A stretch of 64,000 nucleotides of DNA. Origin: a virus. A model generated the notes under the pieces. It saw only the letters and a program-made list of their open reading frames with translations. It did no database searches and had not been told where the DNA came from. Where the stretch lies: the IMG/VR virus record IMGVR_UViG_3300042507_005574; one strand, given 5' to 3'. Positions 1 through 8,459 of the stretch are shown here, piece after piece (the stretch's first letter is position 1; every line of letters starts with the position of its first letter). A program made the position numbers and the translations under genes.

Positions 1-298
1 TGTTAACGATGTAGTTGATTCCAATTTGCTTGCCATGAATCACAAGGTTGATGGTGAAATTGAAACTTTCAACATTTGCACGGGAGTCGGTACTAAAATT
101 ATTGACATAGCGAAGATGATAGCAGGAGAAGACCATCCCATCACCTATGGTCCTATCTCTGATGTTGAGTTACCTTGGTGTGTTGGATCCTACGAGTTAG
201 CGAAAAATAGATTGGGTTGGGAACCTGTATATAAAATTGAAGAGGTAAAAGACCTCTATAACAACTGGCTTCGTAGCAAGGACATTAAGGCAATATGA
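1..298 (+). CDS. NAD-dependent nucleotide-sugar epimerase/dehydratase, C-terminal part (5' end outside window)
   Basis: The frame is open from base 2 (VNDVVDSNLLAM...FNICTGVGT...LGWEP). This matches the V-x-D-V...FNIGTG...LGW-x-P C-terminus of extended SDR epimerases. It lies directly upstream of glf. Confidence 0.8.
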   Translation, partial: VNDVVDSNLLAMNHKVDGEIETFNICTGVGTKIIDIAKMIAGEDHPITYGPISDVELPWCVGSYELAKNRLGWEPVYKIEEVKDLYNNWLRSKDIKAI

Positions 299-1410
299 AA
301 TATGACTATCTAATAGTTGGGTCCGGACTTTTCGGATCAATTTTTGCCCGTCAAATGCACGATAGCGGAGCAAAATGTCTTGTTATTGATAAAAGAAATC
401 ATATAGGTGGAAACTGTTATACGAGTAATCACAACGGTATCCATGTTCACGAATATGGCCCTCATATATTTCACACCAATAGTGATAAAGTTTGGGAGTA
501 CATGAATAGATGGACAAAGTTTAATCACTTTGTTAATAGACCGAAAGTTCGTCATGGAGATAAGGTTTACTCTTTCCCAATAAATCTTCTCACTCTGTAT
601 CAACTTTGGGGGGTTTCTACACCCCAAGAGGCTAAAGCAAAATTAGAGCAGGTTAGAATCCCTATTTCATCCCCCTCCAATCTAGAAGATTGGATCCTAT
701 CACAGGTTGGTGAAGAAATCTATAAGAAGTTTGTTTATGGTTACACGAAGAAGCAATGGAATCGAAACCCCAAAGATTTGCCTGCATCCATAATAAAGAG
801 ATTACCAATCCGTCTTACTTATGATGACAACTACTTTGAGGATCGATATCAAGGAATACCAATTGGAGGGTATACATCTATTTTCTCAAAGTTACTCAAA
901 GGTATTGCAACTGAAACTGAAGTTGATTTCCTAAAAGATAGAGACTATCTTGAATCCAAAGCAAAGAAAGTAGTCTATACTGGCGCAATTGATGAGTTAT
1001 TTGATTGTGATATGGGAAGACTTGAGTGGAGGAGCCTAAGATTCGAACATGAAACTTTGATGGGAGACTTTCAAGGAAATGCCATATTTAATTACACAGA
1101 AGAAAGTGTTCCCTTCACTCGCATATGTGAGCACAAGCACTTTGAATTTGGTAAGCAAGATCATACTATAATAACAAAAGAATATCCTCAAGATTGGAAT
1201 CAGAATCGTGAGAAGTTCTATCCTATAAATGATGAAGAAAATAATCTCTTGTATAGAAAATACCGTGATCGCCTTAAGGATGAACGATACATACTAGGCG
1301 GTAGATTGGCAGACTACAAATATTATGATATGCATCAAGTTGTTGGCTCTGCTTTGGTGAGATCAGAAAAGGAAATACATAATGAACATAGTGATTGCGA
1401 ATCAATTTAA
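295..1410 (+). CDS. glf: UDP-galactopyranose mutase
   Basis: FAD-binding IVGSGLFG, HIGGNCY, HEYGPHIFHT, YTKKQW, YFEDRYQGIP and GRLADYKYYDMHQ motifs; 371 aa. Confidence 0.95.
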   Translation: MKYDYLIVGSGLFGSIFARQMHDSGAKCLVIDKRNHIGGNCYTSNHNGIHVHEYGPHIFHTNSDKVWEYMNRWTKFNHFVNRPKVRHGDKVYSFPINLLTLYQLWGVSTPQEAKAKLEQVRIPISSPSNLEDWILSQVGEEIYKKFVYGYTKKQWNRNPKDLPASIIKRLPIRLTYDDNYFEDRYQGIPIGGYTSIFSKLLKGIATETEVDFLKDRDYLESKAKKVVYTGAIDELFDCDMGRLEWRSLRFEHETLMGDFQGNAIFNYTEESVPFTRICEHKHFEFGKQDHTIITKEYPQDWNQNREKFYPINDEENNLLYRKYRDRLKDERYILGGRLADYKYYDMHQVVGSALVRSEKEIHNEHSDCESI

Positions 1411-2200
1411 GAATGAATCAAGACGAATTCCCGAGTGGTTGGAATATTATAGAGATCGTGGAATCACCGAATTTGTTTTGGTTGATGACAACTCTACAGA
1501 TAATTCGCTTGAAGCAATAAACTCAGTCAAAGGAGTAAATGTATCTGTTCTGAAATCTGACAGTACAAATTTACCATTTCAAAATTCACTTGACACTGAA
1601 AGATACAAGGGAGATGTTTCTCTCGCAGACAGCATTTCAAGGAATTTTAGAAAAATCCATAAGTATGTTTTAGGTAAGTATGGAACTAATACTATTCTTG
1701 GCTTCTTTGATGTTGATGAGTATATCGTTGGTGAGACCTCAGACCTTAATAAAATAATTAGAGAAACTGTATCTCAATACCTGATGGTTTCGCTTTGCTC
1801 ATTTGAAATTGACTCAGATACTATCAATATTGATTCAAACACTCCTCTGATAAAGCAGAGCACACGATCAACATCAACATTCGGAAGAACAAAATGCACT
1901 AGATGGGGTACAGTCAAATCGTTCGCTAATTTGAGTAGAGAGGATTCCAATATCATTTTTTCCACTCCCATCGAAGACTATGGGGAATCTGTTCACGCAT
2001 GTGGTATTCCTTTAAAAATGCGTGGTGGTAAACTAACTCAATTTATAAATCAACCAAAGAGTGATACTGATGAAGAAGTAACCGATGGTAGACTTCTACT
2101 TGCTCAACCAAAGCATCTAAAGTTTTTGCACTACAGAATTCCTTCTTACGATTTACAAATTAACAAACCACTTTTCGACACCAACCATAGAGTTCCTTAA
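1382..2200 (+). CDS. Glycosyltransferase (GT2/GT92-like, GT-A fold)
   Basis: FKNE..RIPEWLEYY, LVDDNSTD and FFDVDEY (DxD) motifs; sits in the sugar island. Confidence 0.75.
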   Translation: MNIVIANQFKNESRRIPEWLEYYRDRGITEFVLVDDNSTDNSLEAINSVKGVNVSVLKSDSTNLPFQNSLDTERYKGDVSLADSISRNFRKIHKYVLGKYGTNTILGFFDVDEYIVGETSDLNKIIRETVSQYLMVSLCSFEIDSDTINIDSNTPLIKQSTRSTSTFGRTKCTRWGTVKSFANLSREDSNIIFSTPIEDYGESVHACGIPLKMRGGKLTQFINQPKSDTDEEVTDGRLLLAQPKHLKFLHYRIPSYDLQINKPLFDTNHRVP

Positions 2201-2204
2201 TGCC

Positions 2205-2858
2205 ATGAATGTAATATCATTTAGCCTATGGGGCGATAAAGATAAGTACACTAAAGGTGCAATTAGAAATGCAACTTTAGCATCTACCCTCTACCGTGGA
2301 TGGGAATGTAGATTTTACTCCGACGAGGATACTGTACCCAAGTCTATCCTAGAACAACTTGAATCAATGCAGAATGTAAAAGTCATTAGAATGTCGGCTT
2401 CGAAAGAACCTCATTGGTCGATGTTTTGGAGATTTTATGCAGCGGGAGATTCAAGTGTCGATTGTGCTATTTTTAGGGATGCAGATTCTAGAGTCACTCA
2501 AAGAGAAATGATGGCGGTTCAAGATTGGATTGCAAGCGGAAAATCATTTCATGTGATGAGAGATCACCCACACCACGGAGCCAGAATGTGTGGTGGAATG
2601 TGGGGAGTTAGAAACGGTAAATTGCTCAAGATTCGTGAGATGATAGATGAGTACTACTCGACGGAACTCGTTAAAACTGTTGTTTTCGGACTTGATCAAG
2701 ATTTCCTACTACACAGAGTCTGGAATATGGCAGAGGATGACATGATAGAACATGATGAATTTTTTGCCAAGAAGCCCTATCCGATGCAAAGAGATCCGAG
2801 ACATTTCGTCGGTCAAGTATACGATGAGAATGACAATCCATTGAGTTTAGATTTTTAG
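2205..2858 (+). CDS. Putative glycosyltransferase (GT-A-like, conserved in phage sugar islands)
   Basis: ISFSLWG, MFWRF, FRDADSR (DxD), MRDHPHH, GGMWG and DQDFL motifs. Confidence 0.6.
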   Translation: MNVISFSLWGDKDKYTKGAIRNATLASTLYRGWECRFYSDEDTVPKSILEQLESMQNVKVIRMSASKEPHWSMFWRFYAAGDSSVDCAIFRDADSRVTQREMMAVQDWIASGKSFHVMRDHPHHGARMCGGMWGVRNGKLLKIREMIDEYYSTELVKTVVFGLDQDFLLHRVWNMAEDDMIEHDEFFAKKPYPMQRDPRHFVGQVYDENDNPLSLDF

Positions 2859-2870
2859 GAGACAAATCAA

Positions 2871-3629
2871 ATGAGTCATATAGGAAATAATACTATTAAA
2901 CTTGAAGCAAAAGTAATTTCAATGGTCGGAGATAATCTTACGGAGGAGCAAAAGCGCAGATACCTTCCCAGAAATGAATATCTTATGGGGGAATTTGTTC
3001 CGAAGATGACGAACTGTGGATTTACCACATCTTTATTCCCTGCTATCACACCACAAGATGAAGACTTTTTGATTGAAGATAGTGTTGTCACCTACAGAAA
3101 TCATCGATACACAAGAGGTAAAAATCGACAAGGCGAACTCGCATCAACATTCCAAATAGCATTGACATTAGGCCATCTTATGCTTTGGGAAGAGTCGATT
3201 GCCGAAAACAAGGCTATACTTATCCTTGAGGATGATGTCTATCTCCCAAAAGAAAACGAAGAAATTGTAAAAAATGCAATCGAAGACTTTTTATCTTGCA
3301 AAGACCCAAGAATCGAAAGAGGTATATTATACCTCCAATCTACATGTCCTTGGCGATCTGGAAAACCAAAAAAGGAATATGCGCCATGGGCATTGATGAA
3401 AAATGATTTCGGGTTATTCAGAATGGCCCCCACATGGAATGATACATCGGGTACAGCAGCATATCTAATCACACCGTCTTCCGCATCTTTTTTAGCAGAA
3501 TATGTTAGAAATAGTCCACTTTGGACTCCGGATGGAATGTTTGATGATGCCAAAAGATGCGGAGCAGTTGATTTATATCTACCGAAAGAATATACAAAAA
3601 ACTTTGAACTTCATCCAATTTTCGCATAA
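2871..3629 (+). CDS. Glycosyltransferase family 25-like
   Basis: LGHLMLWE, ILILEDD and GTAAYLITPSSA motifs typical of GT25. Confidence 0.75.
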   Translation: MSHIGNNTIKLEAKVISMVGDNLTEEQKRRYLPRNEYLMGEFVPKMTNCGFTTSLFPAITPQDEDFLIEDSVVTYRNHRYTRGKNRQGELASTFQIALTLGHLMLWEESIAENKAILILEDDVYLPKENEEIVKNAIEDFLSCKDPRIERGILYLQSTCPWRSGKPKKEYAPWALMKNDFGLFRMAPTWNDTSGTAAYLITPSSASFLAEYVRNSPLWTPDGMFDDAKRCGAVDLYLPKEYTKNFELHPIFA

Positions 3630-3716
3630 TTGAGAGATAAAATGAAACAATCTAGGTGTGATAATACAGAGTTCGGATTACATTTATGACTGTATTGCAA
3701 AGTTTGGAGGTAAAAT

Positions 3717-4370
3717 ATGAATGACATGATCAAACTAACCATAGGCATACCAACAATACCCAATAGAAATAGAAGATATCTAGAACCATTGGTTTCTAAA
3801 TTAATGGGTCAAGTTGGTGATGCAAGAGATATCGAAATCATTGCGCTGATGGATAATAAAATGATGTCGATTGGAAGGAAGAAGACTCTTCTTTTCAATA
3901 TGGCAAGAGGTAAGTATGCTTGCATCATCGATGATGACGATGATGTTGCAGATGATTATGTTGCGACACTCAGAAATGTAATTAACGACCAATTGAATGT
4001 CGATGTGATTTGCTATAATCAGGAAGCAGACATCAATGGTAAAAAGTGGCTAGTTAAAACTAGTCTTAATCACAACAGAAAGCACCCATTTGATCAGTTA
4101 GAAGTAGATAAGAATGGGAATACCATTCCTTGTAAAAGACCACCTTGGCAGTGGTGTGCATGGAGGACTGATTTCATTAAGACTATCCCATTTGGTGATA
4201 CTAACTGGTCCGAAGATGCTGCATTTACACTTTCTGCTATAGAGGCGGCTAAAAGCGAATTAGTTATTGATAAAGTGATGTGTAAGTATCGGTACTCTCC
4301 ATCAGTATCGGAGACTTACCCGCCTAAACAATCAATTGACCCTAATCAGATGACCCGTGTAACAATTTAA
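3717..4370 (+). CDS. Glycosyltransferase family 2
   Basis: LTIGIPT N-terminus, ARGKYACIIDDDD (DxD) and a late ED motif; RBS GGAG upstream. Confidence 0.8.
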   Translation: MNDMIKLTIGIPTIPNRNRRYLEPLVSKLMGQVGDARDIEIIALMDNKMMSIGRKKTLLFNMARGKYACIIDDDDDVADDYVATLRNVINDQLNVDVICYNQEADINGKKWLVKTSLNHNRKHPFDQLEVDKNGNTIPCKRPPWQWCAWRTDFIKTIPFGDTNWSEDAAFTLSAIEAAKSELVIDKVMCKYRYSPSVSETYPPKQSIDPNQMTRVTI

Positions 4371-4372
4371 AC

Positions 4373-5077
4373 ATGAAAATTCATATTAGTTATGCTCATG
4401 GACGGTATTTGAGATCTCAAGATCATTGCACAAAAACTGCATTAGATCATGGATTTGACATATCGATTCCATACAGAATAGGAGATATAGATTCGCAGTT
4501 CGTAAACACGAACGCATATACCTTTTCTCAACCAAGAGGAGCAGGGTATTGGATATGGAAACCATATTTAATTCTCAAAACCATGGAGAAAATGAACTCT
4601 GATGATTGGTTGATGTATACTGATTCCGGAATGTATTTTGTTCGTAATCCTTGGGAATGGATTTTGCCCATGGAGAATCAAATTGGAGAAAAGGGAATAG
4701 TCACATTTGGTTGCTGTGGAAGAGCCAGACAGTTTACAAAAAGAGATGCATTTGTTTTGATGGGGCAAGACGAACCAAAATACACAGATTCAATTGATGA
4801 AGATCAGAGAATGGCTAGTGTATTTGTTTGCAAGAAAACTCCATTCTCAGTGGAATTCGTCAAGGAGTGGTTAAAGTATTGTTGCGACTCTAGAATCTTG
4901 ACCGACTTACCAAATACACAAAAATTACCCAATTATCCTGAATTCAGGGATCACAGGCACGATCAAGCCATCATGAGTCTACTTTGCATCAAGTATGATA
5001 CTTTCTTGGTCAAAGAAGACATTACGCAGTTCAGTAACTCTAACCCATATTTAATTCATCATAGAAACCCAAATTGA
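4373..5077 (+). CDS. Putative glycosyltransferase-like protein
   Basis: RGAGYWIWKPY, YTDSG and HRHDQAIMSLL motifs of a GT-A-like family common in sugar islands. Confidence 0.6.
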   Translation: MKIHISYAHGRYLRSQDHCTKTALDHGFDISIPYRIGDIDSQFVNTNAYTFSQPRGAGYWIWKPYLILKTMEKMNSDDWLMYTDSGMYFVRNPWEWILPMENQIGEKGIVTFGCCGRARQFTKRDAFVLMGQDEPKYTDSIDEDQRMASVFVCKKTPFSVEFVKEWLKYCCDSRILTDLPNTQKLPNYPEFRDHRHDQAIMSLLCIKYDTFLVKEDITQFSNSNPYLIHHRNPN

Positions 5078-5090
5078 AAGGAAATTCACA

Positions 5091-5663
5091 ATGGAACACA
5101 TCTACAACATGCCAAATTTTGGTCAAAACTGGTTCACTTATCCAAAATTATATTCTTGGTTCGTGCATCAAATGGAAAATGGTTCAAGAATAGTTGAAGT
5201 TGGTGCATGGAAAGGAAAGAGCATTGCTTACCTAGCAGTGGAAGTTATTAACTCAGGTAAAGATATCAAAATCGATGCAGTCGATACATGGGAGGGATCG
5301 CTTGAAGAGATTGACCATCTTCAGGATGTTTATGTTAAAACGGGGAGACTGTATCAATTATTTTTGTCCAATATCGCTCCTGTTTCTAGTGTTGTGAATC
5401 CTGTAAAGATGAAGTCTGTGGATGCTGCTAAGATGTACGAAGATAATTCTATCGATGTTGTATTCATCGATGCTTGCCACACATACGAGTGTGTCAAGGA
5501 GGACATTCTTGCATGGTATCCAAAAGTTAAAGTTGGTGGTTACATATCAGGACACGATTACTCTTGGAGCGATGATGTTCGTAGGGCAGTTGACGAAACA
5601 CTTAAGGAACTTGGTAAGATCGATGAAACCGAGGGGTGTTTTGTGATGAAGAAATTATCATAA
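5091..5663 (+). CDS. Class I SAM-dependent methyltransferase (Methyltransf_24-like), copy 1
   Basis: VEVGAWKGKS, AVDTW, VFIDACHTYE and GGYISGHDY motifs. Confidence 0.85.
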   Translation: MEHIYNMPNFGQNWFTYPKLYSWFVHQMENGSRIVEVGAWKGKSIAYLAVEVINSGKDIKIDAVDTWEGSLEEIDHLQDVYVKTGRLYQLFLSNIAPVSSVVNPVKMKSVDAAKMYEDNSIDVVFIDACHTYECVKEDILAWYPKVKVGGYISGHDYSWSDDVRRAVDETLKELGKIDETEGCFVMKKLS

Positions 5664-5670
5664 TATCTGA

Positions 5671-5698
5671 TTGACTTTATAACATAAGTGACTACAAT
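5671..5698 (+). promoter_or_regulatory. Sigma70-like promoter upstream of the gp41 stub
   Basis: TTGACT-16nt-TACAAT. Confidence 0.6.
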
Positions 5699-5705
5699 AA
5701 CTAAA

Positions 5706-5777
5706 ATGCCAAACGACAAGATCGAATTCGTTGTACTTCGTAACTTGTTGTACAATGAAGATTATACAAGATCATAA
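5706..5777 (+). pseudogene. 23-codon stub duplicating the gp41 N-terminus (MPNDKIEFVVLRNLLYNEDYTRS*)
   Basis: Bases 5721-5771 are identical to 6407-6457 inside gp41. Confidence 0.9.
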
Positions 5778-5785
5778 GGATTAAC

Positions 5786-6346
5786 ATGGAACACATTTAC
5801 GAACAACCACAATTTGGCGAAAACTGGTTTTCATTTCCCAAACTCTACTCTCGCTTTGTTCATGAACTTTCAAGTGGGTCAAAGATTGTTGAAGTTGGCT
5901 GTTGGAAGGGAAAGAGTTTGGCTTATCTAGGCGTAGAAATTGTCAACTCGGGAAAATCGATTTCCGTAGATGCGGTGGATACATGGGATGCATTGGATAC
6001 TGAGTATTATCACAAGACAGATACCTATGTGTTGTCGAAATGCTTGTACCCACTATTTCTGAGCAACATCGCTCGTCTGAGCCACATCATTAAGCCCGTT
6101 CGAATGAAGTCTTTGGACGCTGCAAACCTATACGAAAATGAATCATTGGATGTAGTCTTCATTGACGCATGTCACGAATACGAGTGTGTCAAGGAGGACA
6201 TCAATGCATGGCTACCGAAGGTGAAGAAAAATGGCTATCTATCGGGACATGATTACAGTAGCCATCCATCTGTTGCTCAGGCAGTACACGAACTGCTTGG
6301 CTCAGTTGAGAGTGGTGAAAATTGTTGGGTCTATCGAAAGCCTTGA
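5786..6346 (+). CDS. Class I SAM-dependent methyltransferase (Methyltransf_24-like), copy 2
   Basis: Paralogue of 5091-5663 (MEHIY, VEVGCWKGKS, VFIDACHEYE, LSGHDY). Confidence 0.85.
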   Translation: MEHIYEQPQFGENWFSFPKLYSRFVHELSSGSKIVEVGCWKGKSLAYLGVEIVNSGKSISVDAVDTWDALDTEYYHKTDTYVLSKCLYPLFLSNIARLSHIIKPVRMKSLDAANLYENESLDVVFIDACHEYECVKEDINAWLPKVKKNGYLSGHDYSSHPSVAQAVHELLGSVESGENCWVYRKP

Positions 6347-6355
6347 TAAATCCCC

Positions 6356-6384
6356 TTGCTTTTTGTGTGTTAATGTGGTATAAT
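6356..6384 (+). promoter_or_regulatory. Sigma70-like promoter of gp41
   Basis: TTGCTT-17nt-TATAAT with extended -10 TG. It overlaps the ORF-track start 6383, so the real start is probably ATG 6395. Confidence 0.6.
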
Positions 6385-6394
6385 GATGGAATCC

Positions 6395-7807
6395 ATGACA
6401 GACAAAATCGAATTCGTTGTACTTCGTAACTTGTTGTACAATGAAGATTATACAAGAAGAGTTCTGCCCTTCCTAAAGAAGGAGTACTTCCATGACCCAT
6501 GTGAGAGAAGACTATTTGAATGTGTTGAAGAATTCATTCAGAAGTATTCCTCTTCTCCAACTACAGAAGCGTTGAATATCATTCTCTCCGAGCAAGATGG
6601 CGTTTCTCAGGGTGAATATGACAATTGCACAAAGATTCTTGATTCACTTAATCAATGCAAAGATACACAGAATGAAATCGACTGGCTGATCGACCAAACT
6701 GAAAAGTTTTGTAAAGATAAAGCAGTTTACAATGCATTAATGGATTCTATCCAACTACTTGATGAAAAGAAGTCGAAGGGAAAGTCAAGGAATGCAATTC
6801 CAGAAATTCTCACTAAAGCATTGAGCGTTTCATTTGATGCTAGTATTGGTCATGACTTCGTTGAGGATGCAGACAAAAGATTTGAATTCTATCATCGGGT
6901 AGAGCAAAAGACTCCTTTTGATTTGGACTATTTGAACAAAATTACAAATGGTGGAGTTCCAAACAAAACTCTAAATGTGATCCTTGCGGGTACAGGTGTA
7001 GGTAAGAGTCTGTTCATGTGTCATCATGCAGCGTACTGTTTGACCATGAGTAAGAATGTCCTGTACATTACATGCGAAATGGCGGAAGAAAGAATCGCAG
7101 AAAGAATTGATGCAAATCTAATGGATATTGCGGTCGATGATCTCAAGTCTCTTCCGAAAGACATTTACGACAAGAAATTATCAAAAATTTCATCGGGAAT
7201 GACCGGCAAATTAATTATCAAGGAATATCCAACAGCAACGGCGAGTGTTGACCATTTCCGTCATTTACTAGATGAACTTAGACTCAAGAAGAACTTCAAA
7301 CCCGATGTCGTTTTCATAGACTATCTTAATATTTGTGCCTCTAGTAGATTTAAAGCGGGTGCGAATGTTAACTCCTACACCTATATCAAGGCAATCGCTG
7401 AAGAACTAAGAGGACTTGCAGTTCAATTGGACTTCCCTATCTTCACCGCAACACAAACGAATAGATCGGGATTTTCAAATACTGATGTGGAACTAACTGA
7501 TACATCGGAGTCATTCGGTCTACCAGCAACAGCGGATTTGATGTTTGCTATTATTGCAACCGAGCAACTTGATGAGTCGGGACAAATCATGGTGAAGCAA
7601 CTAAAGAACAGATATAATGATCCAACTCTTCACCGAAGATTCATTTTAGGTATTGACAGATCTAAGATGAAACTGTATGATGTGCAAGAAGATGACCAAG
7701 TACTGTTTGAGCAAATGGGAAAGGGATCAGAATCTGTCGATGATGAGGAAGACATGAGTAAGTTCAAAATCAAGAAGCCCAGATCTTTGTCAGGTTGGGG
7801 AGAATAA
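6395..7807 (+). CDS. 41: T4-like replicative DNA helicase gp41 (DnaB family)
   Basis: Walker A LAGTGVGKS, YITCEMAEE, FIDYLNI, TATQTNRSG, SESFGLPATAD and QLKNRY motifs. Start moved from 6383 to 6395. Confidence 0.95.
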   Translation: MTDKIEFVVLRNLLYNEDYTRRVLPFLKKEYFHDPCERRLFECVEEFIQKYSSSPTTEALNIILSEQDGVSQGEYDNCTKILDSLNQCKDTQNEIDWLIDQTEKFCKDKAVYNALMDSIQLLDEKKSKGKSRNAIPEILTKALSVSFDASIGHDFVEDADKRFEFYHRVEQKTPFDLDYLNKITNGGVPNKTLNVILAGTGVGKSLFMCHHAAYCLTMSKNVLYITCEMAEERIAERIDANLMDIAVDDLKSLPKDIYDKKLSKISSGMTGKLIIKEYPTATASVDHFRHLLDELRLKKNFKPDVVFIDYLNICASSRFKAGANVNSYTYIKAIAEELRGLAVQLDFPIFTATQTNRSGFSNTDVELTDTSESFGLPATADLMFAIIATEQLDESGQIMVKQLKNRYNDPTLHRRFILGIDRSKMKLYDVQEDDQVLFEQMGKGSESVDDEEDMSKFKIKKPRSLSGWGE

Positions 7808-7808
7808 A

Positions 7809-8060
7809 ATGCCTTACAGAATTCACATTGACATTCCGATTGAATCTGTTAGCGTTGACGATGCTCAGATTGAAGCAAAGGACATTCTCGCAAAGTTAGG
7901 AATTCTGATTGCAGATAATCCTCAATTGATAGGATCTGACTTGGAAATCAACTACAGACTTGGACATGATGATGATCGACAGCGTTCGAACTATCTTGAC
8001 ATGGATAAAATGGGCCATTGCACCCACAGGAAAAACCGTGTCAAATTCGCAAATGGGTAA
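7809..8060 (+). CDS. Hypothetical protein
   Basis: 83-aa ORF tightly coupled to the gp41 stop, with RBS GGAG. Confidence 0.65.
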   Translation: MPYRIHIDIPIESVSVDDAQIEAKDILAKLGILIADNPQLIGSDLEINYRLGHDDDRQRSNYLDMDKMGHCTHRKNRVKFANG

Positions 8061-8307
8061 TGGAGAGTGTCCATCTTGCCCTAAATGTGGCTGTGCAACA
8101 ATTCGTTCACGGCAAGATCTTTCTTTCGAAATTGGTGGTGGAGAAATTAGAACAGAACCTTTAGTTAGTGCCACAATTGTCATGAATGTTCCGATCTTTC
8201 AATGTATAAATCCTAGTTGTAGGAACGGAATGTATGGAGAAGAAGCAGAAAAAATCATGGAGCCTATAAAGAAAGTATTGACAAAACACGCAGTAGTTAA
8301 AAGTTAA
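8053..8307 (+). CDS. YgiT/MqsA-type zinc-finger protein
   Basis: CPKCG...NVPIFQCINPSC. ATG 8053 overlaps the previous stop and is preferred over the ORF-track start 7960. Confidence 0.6.
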   Translation: MGNGECPSCPKCGCATIRSRQDLSFEIGGGEIRTEPLVSATIVMNVPIFQCINPSCRNGMYGEEAEKIMEPIKKVLTKHAVVKS

Positions 8308-8312
8308 AATTT

Positions 8313-8383
8313 GTGCCGTGGGAGGTCAGCATCTCAGGTCGGCTTATACCCGAGCAACACAAGGGCAGCACTTGTACGGCATA
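8313..8383 (+). tRNA. Atypical tRNA-Ile(UAU) or tRNA-like RNA
   Basis: Cloverleaf: acceptor GTGCCGT/ACGGCAT, D-stem GAGG/TCTC, anticodon stem TCGG/CCGA with loop CTTATAC (anticodon TAT, 8345-8347), T-stem ACAAG/CTTGT. The T-loop is non-canonical (GGCAGCA) and no CCA is encoded. Confidence 0.7.
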
Positions 8384-8427
8384 TTAAGATAGTTTATATC
8401 TCGCTTCAGGCGAACAGAAACAACAGA

Positions 8428-8434
8428 ATAAATA
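8428..8434 (+). promoter_or_regulatory. T4-type late promoter
   Basis: ATAAATA 26 nt upstream of ATG 8460. Confidence 0.55.
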
Positions 8435-8459
8435 ATTGACTAACCCAAAGGAATAGGGA

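Larger units (their letters stand above)
5721..6457 (+). repeat. 51-bp perfect direct repeat (5721-5771 and 6407-6457) flanking methyltransferase copy 2
   Basis: ATCGAATTCGTTGTACTTCGTAACTTGTTGTACAATGAAGATTATACAAGA occurs twice, 686 bp apart. Confidence 0.95.

Noticed and set aside
5721-6457. Integrase- or transposase-mediated mobile element (att sites or target-site duplication)
   Set aside because: No recombinase or transposase is encoded in or near the cassette, and 51 bp is too long for a typical target-site duplication. It is kept as a recombination-derived duplication instead.
7960-8052. ORF-track N-terminal extension of the Zn-finger gene
   Set aside because: It overlaps ORF 7809-8060 by 100 bp. 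ATG 8053 gives normal stop/start coupling.
8401-8413. Small hairpin TCGC-TTCAG-GCGA after the tRNA-like element as a terminator
   Set aside because: The stem is only 4 bp and there is no U-tract.
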